A stretch of 62,805 nt of DNA, the filler included, from Choristocarpus tenellus KU-1152 (Eukaryota > Protista > Phaeophyceae): assembly GCA_964200185.2 (NCBI GenBank). It is 6 parts of 6 records of this genome, joined end to end, with 100 filler letters (N's around TTAATTAATTAA, not from the genome) between each part and the next. Parts side by side here need not be neighbours in the genome. Positions count along the whole stretch, not along the records: positions 1 to 5,320 come from CAXNAD020011171.1; positions 5,421 to 19,222 come from CAXNAD020001364.1; 4 more parts are not named here. The stretch is one strand, 5' to 3'. The position numbers and the translations under genes are program-made. Shown here in pieces: positions 1-11,400 of the stretch. How positions within the stretch are numbered: position 1 is the stretch's first letter; every line of letters begins with the position of its first letter. Below the pieces are notes generated by a model that had not been told where the DNA came from, ran no database searches, and saw only the letters and a program-made list of their open reading frames with translations.

Positions 1-122
1 TACCTAACCAGATGCACATGGACACCACTGGTGGAGTAGCTAACCAGATGCACATGGACACCAATGGTGGAGTAGCTAACCAGATGCACATGGACACCAC
101 TGGTGGAGTAGCTAACCAGATG
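1..122. repeat. 36-bp tandem repeat (~3.4 copies, cut by window edge)
   Basis: Unit tagctaaccagatgcacatggacacca(c/a)tggtggag is repeated; it explains the MHMDTTGGVANQ repeats of ORF 12..299. Confidence 0.95.
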
Positions 123-243
123 CGCAGCAGCAATTCACTAGTTGTATTGAGCGATAAGCAAGTGCATCTAAAGAATTTTGGCTCCATACTCCACACACAC
201 ACCAGAACCTCCTGTCTGTTTGGGATCCTTTGGCAAGTGAAAA

Positions 244-283
244 CTTCTCACTTCTCACTTCTCACTTCTCACTTCTCACTTCT
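244..283. repeat. 7-bp microsatellite (CTTCTCA)n
   Basis: Five perfect copies plus a partial sixth, read directly. Confidence 0.95.
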
Positions 284-1740
284 AGCTCTGAGATCCTGAA
301 GCCCTTAAGGTCATCTGGGATTCTCCTCTGTAAGTTGCCAAAGAACCGTACACATGCAAGGTTCGTACAAGTGAACACGGTCCATGCACACTGAAAAATA
401 CGCAAATAACATGTTCTATTTGCGGACTGCTGCTTCTTTGATGCTCTCACACTCAGGTCTTAATACTATGTCATTTTCTGGCATGGCAGGGGGCAGGGGT
501 TGATGCACATGTTTCCTTTTTGGTTATGCAAGACAATCCCGTCCAGAGGTAGATCATTTCTTGGATACAAGAACCTGTGTGTTGTGATGTAATGATCTTC
601 CATGCCATGCAGTCACACAGCAAACCTTGATAACTTGGGAGCATCATCCAAATATTCAAGTAATGCTTCATCTAAGGTAAGTGCTTGATCTTAGTCTTAG
701 ATTTCGAACCCCTTCAACACCAGACCTTATTTTCGAAGGAATGCGGTTTCAATCATCCAATTCCACATATTAAGCACAAGGGATGACGGTACATCTGTAC
801 TATTTTCCTGTCTGTCGCTATACCACAAAAAATCCGCACAAATATCGAGTTGGAAACATAGAGGCAGGTCCAGAACGAGGAGGAGATTAAGTGAGAAGTG
901 GTGGGAGTGCTGAACGCAACGCACCAGGATCAAGGCTTGAACCGAAGTAGTACAAAATCGTCGTAATGTATCAGTTAAGTCAACAATAGAAATTCACGCT
1001 ATTATGTTGGTTGTACATACAATATTTTTACTATTATGCCCTCTGACATTTCGGAGATGTGTGAGGGGGGAAACCAATGAATACACATACGCCCTACCTA
1101 AGGAAACAAAATGACAAATACGAAAGACACTAATCTATTTGTTACTTCACCACAATCTATGTTGTACTACTGCCTTCCTGTGTCTCCAATCTATCTATTA
1201 TACCTGTACCCTAATAGTACTTTTACGTCCAACGACATTTCCGAGAGGTAGGAAAAAGAAGAAATATAAAATGTAGAAAAAATAAACACAAGAAGACATA
1301 ATAATAACAGAGGTTACCAACTAAAGTAGTGGTGTAGTTCCAAAGAAAAAAGCTAATATTAGTAGTAGGACCACTAAGTTGAGGTATCTATCTAATATTG
1401 AAGAAATCCATTGAAACTCGACGTCCTTTGATAGTATAAAATTCGTCGAGAAGCAACAACAAGAGAAGAAATCTCATCAATGCAAACCATCTTACCCCAA
1501 CATAATCATGGTATAATGTAAAAATTAATATTACAAATCACTACCAACAATAATTTGATACTTCTTAAATTATATATTAATAAAACAAAAATATTATTGA
1601 AATAATAATTTTACATGTCAGTTAGGTTCAACAGTAACTGTAGTATATTTTTATACCAATAATCTAGACTGCCTCTGATCTTGACTAATGATAATCAACA
1701 CATGTAAAATTAATATATATTTATTCCTTGATCAATCACA

Positions 1741-1783
1741 ACGTCATCGCAAACCAAGTTGCCTCAAAGATCTGATGACATCA
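1741..1783. promoter_or_regulatory. Candidate bZIP/aureochrome-type elements upstream of the FCP gene
   Basis: ACGTCA (TGACGT on the minus strand) at 1741-1746 and TGATGACATCA at ~1773-1783, about 160-200 bp upstream of the ATG in an AT-rich region. Confidence 0.3.
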
Positions 1784-1940
1784 TGCATGTTGTAGAAACA
1801 GATGATAATTTCAGTAATTAAAAAAAAGTAACACATCCTTCTTGCAACACACACTACCCACCTTCCCCAACCCAAGTCACAACTCCAAAGCTACGTACAC
1901 CAGATTAAGCTCATATTCCAGCACAACTCAACCTAAGACA

Positions 1941-2895
1941 ATGAAGTCCGCTGTTATGGCTGTTGCTTGCGCCACCGGTGCCCAGGCCTTTGTGGCCCCC
2001 AGGTCAGTTCTGTTCGATTGCACTTTCTACACTGGTTAGGTTTCAATATTCATCCTTACATGTTGGCGATAGTCACTCCTTCTAGACTACATCACTCCTT
2101 CTAGACTACATCATGTCTCATTACTGCAATTGGTGCACAGATAATGATTTGTGTCGTCAGCTTCGATTCGAGCCAGGGTTATTATGCATGTCGAAACTTC
2201 TGTGAATCGCCAAATAGACATCAACCGAGTCTTTACTCCAACACAGTCAAACCCTCCTGACTTTATACCCCCGTCTGCCCTCATGCCTTACTTTTTGCAG
2301 TGCCTTTAATGGCGCTTCTCTGGCTACTGCAGCCAAGCCATCCACTGCTATGAAGATGTCATTCGAGTCTGAGATCGGCGCACAGCCCCCTCTAGGCTTC
2401 TTCGATCCTCTTGGTCTCCTCGCAGACGCCGACCAGGAACGGTTCGAGCGCCTTCGTTACGTGGAGATCAAGCACGGGCGTATTTCTATGCTTGCCGTTG
2501 TTGGTCACATGGTAGCACAGAATACTCGGTTGCCCGGTATGCTGTCGAACTCGGCAAACCTGTCCTTTGCAGACATGCCTAACGGTGTGGCTGCCCTCTC
2601 CAAGATCCCTCCCCTAGGCCTTGCGCAGATAGTCGCATTCATTGGCTTCCTTGAGCTTGCTGTGATGAAGAATGTGGAGGGTTCATTCCCAGGTGATTTC
2701 ACTATTGGCGGAAACCCCTTCGCCTCTTCTTGGGATGCTATGTCTGAGGAGACCCAGGCTTCCAAGAGGGCGATCGAGCTTAACAATGGGCGTGCTGCGC
2801 AAATGGGCATCCTGGCGATGATGGTACACGAGGAGCTCTCAAACCAGCCCTACATCATCAACGACCTTGTGGGCGCTTCGTACTCTTTCAACTAG
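1941..2895 (+). CDS. LHCF: Fucoxanthin-chlorophyll a/c binding protein (LHCF/FCP); 2 exons: 1941-2002, 2301-2895
   Basis: Exon 1 MKSAVMAVACATGAQAFVAP is a signal peptide with an AQA-FVAP (ASAFAP-type) cleavage motif. The GT..AG intron 2003-2300 joins in frame to SAFNGASLATAAKPSTAMKM. The mature part has GFFDPLGL, EIKHGRISML and ELNNGRAAQMG chlorophyll-binding helices. Confidence 0.97.
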
Positions 2896-4931
2896 ATTCA
2901 TTGCGTTGTCATTTTTTGGCATCCTCGGGTTGTACTACCACAAGTGTACGGTTTGGGGATGGCACTTGTACAGTTGAGCACTCTGTGACACTTAGATGGT
3001 GACTTACACCACACCAACCACGATTGCATAATAATAATAGACCTCTAGATCAACATACACTCTCTTGTTATTTTTGATAACATTCTGCTTAACGGGTCGA
3101 AATGCAGCATCAGTAACTCTCTCTCTTCGTGGGTTTCGGAGCATGCGATGTTGACTTTGCAGCGGGTGAAGACTTGCGGACATAAATCATGAGTTGTTTT
3201 TTGGTAAGATAATACCTGCCATCTCGCTGACAAGCTGTATGGAATCGTCATTAAAACTTCCCTCTGCCTTGATTGTCCCATTCTTTAAAACCTCATTTTT
3301 GGCTATGTAGAACCAGTACGAAAGGACTTGGTGTGAGGGCGTTAAATTGAGTATGGAACATTATACTTCTACATGTAAACACTTATCAACAACTAAAATT
3401 CTGTGTAACATGCATTTTTCTCGGGGTTGTACCAAGCGTCGCATAAAGCAGACAGGAGGATAAGGAGATCCTTCCCATCTTGAGTCTGTGTCTACTCGCA
3501 AATATGACATCCCATACGATAACTACTTCGGCTCTCGACTGCCTACCAGAAAGCTCTTTGTTTGGCTGCCGTCCTTAACCGTCATTTCCATACATCCGAG
3601 TGATGCCTATTGTACATTATTCACTATCTTCCGAGTATTCCTATACAGGCCAAAAACAACACGACTATCTATGTATCAATCACTACCTGGATGTGTTAGC
3701 CACACTCCACAAACACAACCATTGATTGCGAATGTGTAGTATCATGACAAGCAAGCGCAATCCAAAGTAGCAATATATTTTCAACGGAAGTACTTCACTA
3801 CCACCTAAAGCAGGCAGCCCTTCCCCTCAGGTGGGCCTTGGAAAGAGCACTACTGAACATCGCTCAATGTTTGAGGAAAGGAGGTCAGAAATATTTGACC
3901 CTCTCTCACCTGTCCCTTGACCTGCCGATGAAGCTTCTCAAGGCGCCTTCCATGTTCTTCCTGCATGGTTGATACCTTTTTTCGATTCCTGACCAACAGC
4001 AAGGCATTGATTGCGTTGGTGACAAAATTAGTTTATAGACAAGAGGTGGCAGTCCGACCAATGGCAATCAAGTCTAACCCTAACCCTGTACAACCATGTA
4101 GAGTAACTCTATGTATTTCTGTGAGGACACCCTTCAATTTGACTGTGGTGGAAGTAGGCAAAGACTTTCTGGCTCTATTGTTGTCTGAATCCGAGCCACC
4201 AATGTCCTTTCTTGTCTTAGCGACTGTGCACACTGTGACAGGTCATAGATCAACGTTTCTCTCACACTTGTAGTAACGGCACAATAATTATACTACACGA
4301 GATCTCCCCACCAAAGGCATAAAACGTAAGAAACGCTTGGAGCAAGAAGAGAAGTTCACAGAGATGGTGGGATGCTCGTGTTTTTCATCTCTATTGCAGG
4401 TGACTGTGGTTACACATCACCACTCGCATGATACCTCTATGAACAAGTGACATTCGGGAGGAGATGAACAGTAGGATTCACCTCTTTCCTAAGCAGGTTT
4501 AATTATTCCTGGTGATGATGCCCAACTTCGCTACCTTCTCTTGAAGTAACAGTGGAGAGAGTCTGTTGTGCCAAGATCGATGGGCTTAGCTTAGAGGCAC
4601 ACTTGAACTGATGCGTGCACAGCCACCTCATGGAATGGTTCATTGGTATTGTATGTCATGTTGTCATGAACCGATGGGGCGATAAAAGTCCGTTTTCCCT
4701 ACCCCCATCAATCGTATGCCACTACTAGGTTTGTACCTAAAGGTTTGGCTGGTGTTTGTACCACTCCAACCGGTGTGAAGTTGACTCAAATAGTCCTTCG
4801 TATTCCACAAAGTTGACTCAATTAGAGGCACGGGCAAGCCCATGCCGCCAGGTCAAAACTGTCCCTAGATGACACTTCCCAGTGTGCAGCTCCAGACTTA
4901 ATTGAAGCATGCAAGCATTTCCTACTCGTGT

Positions 4932-4971
4932 CCCTAACCCTAACCTTAACCCTAACCTTAACCCTAACCCC
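4932..4971. repeat. Interstitial telomere-like (CCCTAA)n tract
   Basis: About 6 units of ccctaa/ccttaa. Confidence 0.85.
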
Positions 4972-5078
4972 TTTTTCGCACTTGCAGACAACCGGATAGG
5001 GAGGGGTGTGACTAAGGGACGACGATTTCGCTATGGCGTGGTAATGAGATGGCACTGCCATGTGGTGGATTGATTTCA

Positions 5079-5157
5079 AAACATCAAGAGTAAACATCAA
5101 GAGTAAACATCAAGAGTAAACATCAAGAGTAAACATCAAGAGTAAACATCAAGAGTA
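5079..5157. repeat. 13-bp tandem repeat (AAACATCAAGAGT) x6
   Basis: Near-perfect copies read directly. Confidence 0.95.
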
Positions 5158-5260
5158 GTGACAATTCAAAGCACGATTTAAAAAGTTTGAGGTGCCACTG
5201 ACCCGCTGGGGCAGTTAGTGAAGTGTGAGGTAGACATCTTGCGTAGTGTTTGTTATTGGT

Positions 5261-5309
<49 letters not shown>

Positions 5310-5320
5310 GGAAGAGGGAG

Positions 5321-5420
5321 NNNNNNNNNNNNNNNNNNNNNNNNNNNNNNNNNNNNNNNNNNNNTTAATTAATTAANNNNNNNNNNNNNNNNNNNNNNNN
5401 NNNNNNNNNNNNNNNNNNNN
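5321..5420. other. Artificial contig-join spacer
   Basis: N44 + TTAATTAATTAA (stops in all six frames) + N44; the same construct occurs 5 times. Confidence 0.97.
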
Positions 5421-5434
5421 ATACCACTACTCAC

Positions 5435-8400
5435 CCCACTGCCGCCTCCCCCCCCCCCACCCCCAATGCCAGCACTCCCACCTCCAGTGAACTGGCCTGT
5501 TACACGGCGAGATATTATAGCATCGCTACACCTGTTGGGATTAAGGTTAGGGAGGTGTGAGGGTGGATTGGGTAGGGGTGGCACAGGAAGAATTGCAAGA
5601 TTTACAACAGTATGTTAATGTTGTGAGGCTGGGAGGGGGGGGGGAGGTGGTTTATGGGGTAGGCTAATGGAACAGAGGGACAGGAAAAAGCATACAGGTC
5701 TGAAAAAAAACCTTGTGTAAGTAAAGAAAAATAAAAGTAGCATAGCAGTGTCTGTTCAGGAGGAGCCAACAAGATAGAGTTACAAGGTGTATTTTTCTTT
5801 AAATCAATGCGGAAAGGGTGTAACAAATATGGGTATCAACCCCCTGAATTAATAGACAATAAATAGACAATGAATAAACAAAATGTGACGTGAAGGATGA
5901 AAAGAGAAGAGCTGAATCAATCAAAATACAACATACACCATGGAAGGCATTAACTGAGACTGCAATGCTTCCATGACTCCTTCAAAACATAAAAAAACAC
6001 TTCCACCTCCCCCACCCCCTCTTCCACAGTTCACCCACACCACACCACTAACATTGCTGTGACATCTCATCAACAGATGACCAAAGTAGGTACATTTAGC
6101 AAAGGTTCTTATGGCTAGGGGTTAGGGTTAGACTCTCATTAAATAAAAGAAATGATACCAATAGAAAAAAATATATAGAATATCCCACACATACTCTAGA
6201 GAAAACAATATTGAACTGTTCAATTCTATTTAGCAAAAACATATTAAAATAAAGCTTAAAAAAAAATATTTTGTTCATTTCAATAAGTCCTGCTTTACAG
6301 ATGTTGGCTTCATTTAACTCTTCTTCATAAGTCCTGTTCTCAGAATAGTATATTGGAGATAGAGGAGGGACACAGGGTTTGTTTAAAATTTTCCCCAAGT
6401 CTGTTGAGACAAGGAGGGTAAATTGGTGTTTACTTCCTTTGTAGCATGTTGACTAATGGTCACACTAATAATCACACTAATAGTCACACTAATAATCACA
6501 CCAATAATCACACCAATAGTAACACTAATAGTCACACTAACAATCACACCAATAGTAACACTAATAATCACACTAATAGTCACACCAATAATCACACTAA
6601 TAGTAACACTAACAATCACACCAATAGTCACACTAATAATCACACCAATAGTAACACTAATAATCACACTAATAGTAACACTAACAATCACACCAATAAT
6701 CACATCGATAGTCACACTAATAGTAACACTAACAATCACACCAATAATCACACCAATAGTCACACTAATAGTCACACTAATAGTAACACTAACTAATAGT
6801 CACACTAATAGTAACACTAACAATCACACCAATAGTCACACTAATAGTCACACTAACAATCACACCAATAGTCACACTAATAGTCACACTAATAATCACA
6901 CTAATAGTCACACCAAATCCATAACTCCAAGAGGGTGCATATCCCTGTCTTTAGTCCTTTCTTGTGCTTTCATGATTTTCATTTGGGAGGTGGGGGGTTA
7001 CATTTGATGTCTGAGCCAAAGTTCTGGAACTGTTGTTGTGAAAGGGCTGGTGTTTTGGGTGTTTTGACTCTTAATGGGTGTGTTTTAATTTCTTTTAACT
7101 TTCTTTTATGTCTCTTTTAATTTTCTTTCAATTTTTTTTCTAATTTCTTTTAACTTTCCGTAAACTCTCTTTGAAGTCAAAGAAAAAAATGTGTTGGTAA
7201 TTAATGCTAACTTGCTACTGTAAACTGAATGAACTCAGAATAATCCAAATTCTGTTCCACAAGTTCAAGATAACCAATAACATATGACACCAGAAAGTCA
7301 TAAAAATATATATATTTAAACTTCATTGACTTTCTAGCACACCCCTCTTTCTTAGTATTGTCTCTAAGAATAGCTTGCATTTCAAACATTCTATTTTTCT
7401 TCATAAGAACACAGCGTACACCCTATAACCCTAACAGCATCAGTACAATATTGATAGAAATAATAATAATATTATAGTAATAGTAATAGTGATCTAATCC
7501 TTGCTCTACTCTGAATTGTAGAATATAGGCCATAACGAGATGAGCAGTTATCGCTGCAACACATGCAAGTGAATAAGTTACAATAACTTACATCTGTATG
7601 TAGTCCAGGAGAACTGCATCAGGGTCCATACCATAGTGCCTTGCAAGGGGAACCACATGGTAGCTGATTTCCAATGGGAGCAGATCCGGGCTCTTCAGAA
7701 ACATAAAAAAACACAAACAGCCAAACAAATTACATACACACACATACATACATACAGACAGACAGACAGACAGACGGAAAGTATCCATGGTATAGTTGTG
7801 AATGGATGAGATACTCTTAGCAATGACTTCACTGTGTAACACACAACAAACACATATTCAAACACGGGGCATCATGGAACAAAACAGTAATAGTAATAAT
7901 AATAATAATATCAATAATAATAACAATAAGCTGAGAGACTTAGCAACCATAGGGAATGAGTGGGATGAGCAATAGGTGTTCTCTAGTACTAAAGGGGATT
8001 CAAATTTAGATTTGGTCAATTCACCACCTGTCAACCCTTAAACAAGCCCTTCAACAATCCAGTCTACTTCCTCAGATGTGTATGTTAGTAGCCAGTACCT
8101 TATCTGCCACTATCTGTCATTCAACAAATTTGGGTATCTGTGTGTGTGAATCCCCCCCTCCCCCTGTCCAAGAAAATATTGAGGTGAAGAAGTATAGATG
8201 ATCCTGCCTCATCGATAGGTCCTGTCTCCCACCCCCTTTTCTTACTGGTGTCATTGATAACCCCTTTGCCCCAGGGCAATTGCCCCACCTGAACTCTGTC
8301 CAGCACTCTAAATATGACTCCTTCTTTGTGCAGTTTTTCAAACTCAGTCAATGACAAGCAAAGCCTGTGGCAGTCCCAAGCATATACCAAATCATCTTCA

Positions 8401-11400
8401 TCATCCACATGACCATGAACAAGTCAAAGCAGCATGCACCATTAGGGGAGGGGGGTTAGGGTTAGGGTTAGGTGATTATTAAGATGTATGCAACGAGAAG
8501 GAGAGGGGGAAGGGCAGGACAGGCAAAGGGAGGGAAACTGGGAGGGATTTTTTTTTGGCATGGTTGTGTTAACCAATCAATGAGAAGAGGTTCTTAGAAG
8601 TAGAAAACAAGGACGCACTAATTATATATTAGAACTTTGTATCAAGTTGTATCTATGGCAGCTATATGGTAGCTATTGCAAGAGGAAATGTATGCGAGGC
8701 TACACCACAGCATTATCTTGATTATCTTGATAATGACCAGGAGGGGCAGGAAGTGGACTGGAGTGAACTTGAAGGTAAAGGTGTCATTGTTGAAGACTTG
8801 GACAACAGTTTGTTCTTAATGCGTTCATTGGTACTTGCTAAAGCTTGTTCTCAAGAGAGAGAGGAAATAAGGGGTAACAACACTCAAACGCTCTCGACAC
8901 AGTCAATCTCACTCTCAATCAAAATGTAGTACAGTCAATCCCAAGGATATCTTGCATGTCATATAGTATGAAAATACTTCAAGTAATACACACTCACACA
9001 CAGCTAAAATAGAAGATATTGTCTGCAAATATATCTGTATATGCATGAAGGTATGATACATGCCTATCCTGCTTAGGTGGAATTGTATGCACCCATTTCT
9101 TTCCAAAATTGCAAAATTGCATAATCAACACCATAGGTACACACACTGCTACTTCTTCACAACAACAACAATAACAACAGGGTTGTACTCTTGTAGTATT
9201 GTACTCTTGTAGTATTGTACTCTTGTAGTATTGTACTCTTGTAAGTATTGTACCTGAGGGGTTGTTCCAACTCTACCAATGTGCGACCAATCTCTCACAT
9301 TACCTTACCTTACCTTACCTTCAATTTCAATAAAAAATTTATCATGATCTTCATCTTCTACAATTAAATCACACCTGTTACACTTTTGCAATCCTCTTTA
9401 GTACTTACTATAATACTTCCAGATTCAAGAAATGCAACAGTTTCATTATCCTTGCAGCCCTTGGTAGGTAGTAAAGATAAAAGCTGAAATTAATTCCCCT
9501 ACGATGAAGTCATCGCATTTATCTCTCAGTAGATGTTTGTTTCTGTAGTCAAAACTTAACAGTAGCTATGAATGTTTGTTGCTATTCATTTCAATTTTAT
9601 CTCTATTTATTGTTTAGCTCACAAAAAAATGGAACATGACTGGAACACGATACACTGAAAAATCTGAAAAATAAAAACAAAATTCTTCTATTTGATGTGT
9701 TACACATTTGAACAATTATTACACGTTTTAACAATTATTCTTGAGAGTATTCCAAATCAGAACTGTACTATATTGAATATTTGGTGTTACTGCCTCATAC
9801 AGCAGTTACATGATACAAGTACAATACTGCACAAACTACCTTACATAAAAAAATTACATTAACAATATACCCCTTTTGTGTGTAGAAAAGCAGGCGTGTA
9901 ACTGATTATGACAAAAGAGAAAGTCAGGGTCTGGTGGCAACAACTAATTACGTGAGTTGTTAAATACTTAACTCCTTGATTCGAAAGTTGTTATCGTTGC
10001 AAATGAAGACACTCTTTCTATTATTTTTATTATTATTATTGTTGGTATTGAAAACTTGAAGACACACAAAACTGAGGTAAATCTGTTACAATGCCAATGT
10101 CTTGAGGTAAGGTACATCTGGGATATGTACAAAAGAGAATGATGATATAATAAAGTGGAGTGGCGATTTTAAGTAGCTCAATGCAACCTTTGTTAGCTGA
10201 TTGGAGTAAGAGTGATTGTGAGCTTGATGATTGACTGATACTAGCTATTGATAACAAGAACATACCACCACTGAGCCATATAGCCATGGGTGGGTGAGTA
10301 TTTCAAATAGATGGGAAATTGAGTAAGATTAGATTGTGAGTGTTGAACAGCCACATTGGCAACCATTACAAGTCACCTAGGTCTTGTTACGATCTTGTCA
10401 CTCTTAGTGTTGTCTTGTCACTCTTAGTGTTGTCTTGTCACTCTTAGTGTTGTCTTGTCACTCTTAGTGTTGTCTTGTCACTCTTAGTGTTGGCTTGTCA
10501 CATTCTTACTCAGGGAAGACAAAAGCAGTGCTTAAAAATACGAAATAAACACATCCCTGTACATCAGAATAAGAGGACAAAATGGTTCAATCAATCATGT
10601 TTACAAAATGATTGCTCCCTCTTGAAGATCAAAATGTGCACAACACTGAGGGCATCTTTCAATGCTTCAAACAGCTCTCCCATAGGTAGTGAAGGTATTT
10701 TCCTTGGACAGAACAGTCAGTATTAAGGCCTAACCACAGTAAAGGTACAAATAGACCACAGTAACAAATCCCCACATCCTCACCTAGCCTCTCCACAATG
10801 GCATCCAGGCCATCCTTTTTCCAGTGTGCCTCTACCAGGTCACAGGTCCTCCCCCAGACCTCTCCACCCCCCTCTCCATCCCATCCATCCTCCCAGCCCC
10901 GCCAGCCTTGTGTTGTCTGACAGCCCGATGAGAGTGGGGCCTGTACAGTTGCCACTGCTCCCATGACCCTCTGTGATCCTGTTGCTACTGCCCGTGCAAG
11001 ACTATATGCTCCATGTGGACTATGATGGAAGTTCTCCACACCACGGGCATACTTCTCCGCCCAGCTTCTAACCTGGTGACATTCACAAGGAAGACGGGAA
11101 TGGGAGTAGTGTTAATTGGGTATGTCACCAGTAATGGTACATATTGTGCTACTAAGAGGGGGTAGGTGGCGGAGGGTATATGGATGGGGCAGGGGGAGGC
11201 TTCATGAAATGCTTTGGGCTTTCTTGGGAGTAGAGGAGCAAAATGCATGTATTATTTTTCTTATTGTTTCATTAAGTTACAGTAAGTTACATATTGTTCC
11301 GTTAAGTTTCATTACGTTCCATATTGTTTCATTCAGTCTCATTATGTTCCAATAAGTTTCATTAAGTTTCATAGAGTTCCAATAAGATTCATTAAGTTTC

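Noticed and set aside
1-299. ORF 12..299 with 12-aa repeats, or a CRISPR-like 36-bp repeat
   Set aside because: Spacer-less tandem repeat plus a microsatellite; no independent coding evidence.
3780-4700. Possible degraded transposon coding sequence downstream of FCP
   Set aside because: Multiple stops and no recognisable catalytic motif; cannot be supported.
5259-5308. 50-nt poly-G as a G-quadruplex element
   Set aside because: It sits at a contig end and is likely a sequencing or assembly artefact in length.
5365-5376. TTAATTAATTAA palindrome as a biological site
   Set aside because: It is embedded in Ns identically five times, so it is an artificial linker.
6383-7007. Low-complexity ORFs (ice-nucleation, mucin or membrane-like)
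   Set aside because: They are by-products of the 12-bp minisatellite within a KNTC1 intron.
8666-8929. Intronic ORF resembling a retroelement gag fragment
   Set aside because: Short and lacks any diagnostic motif.
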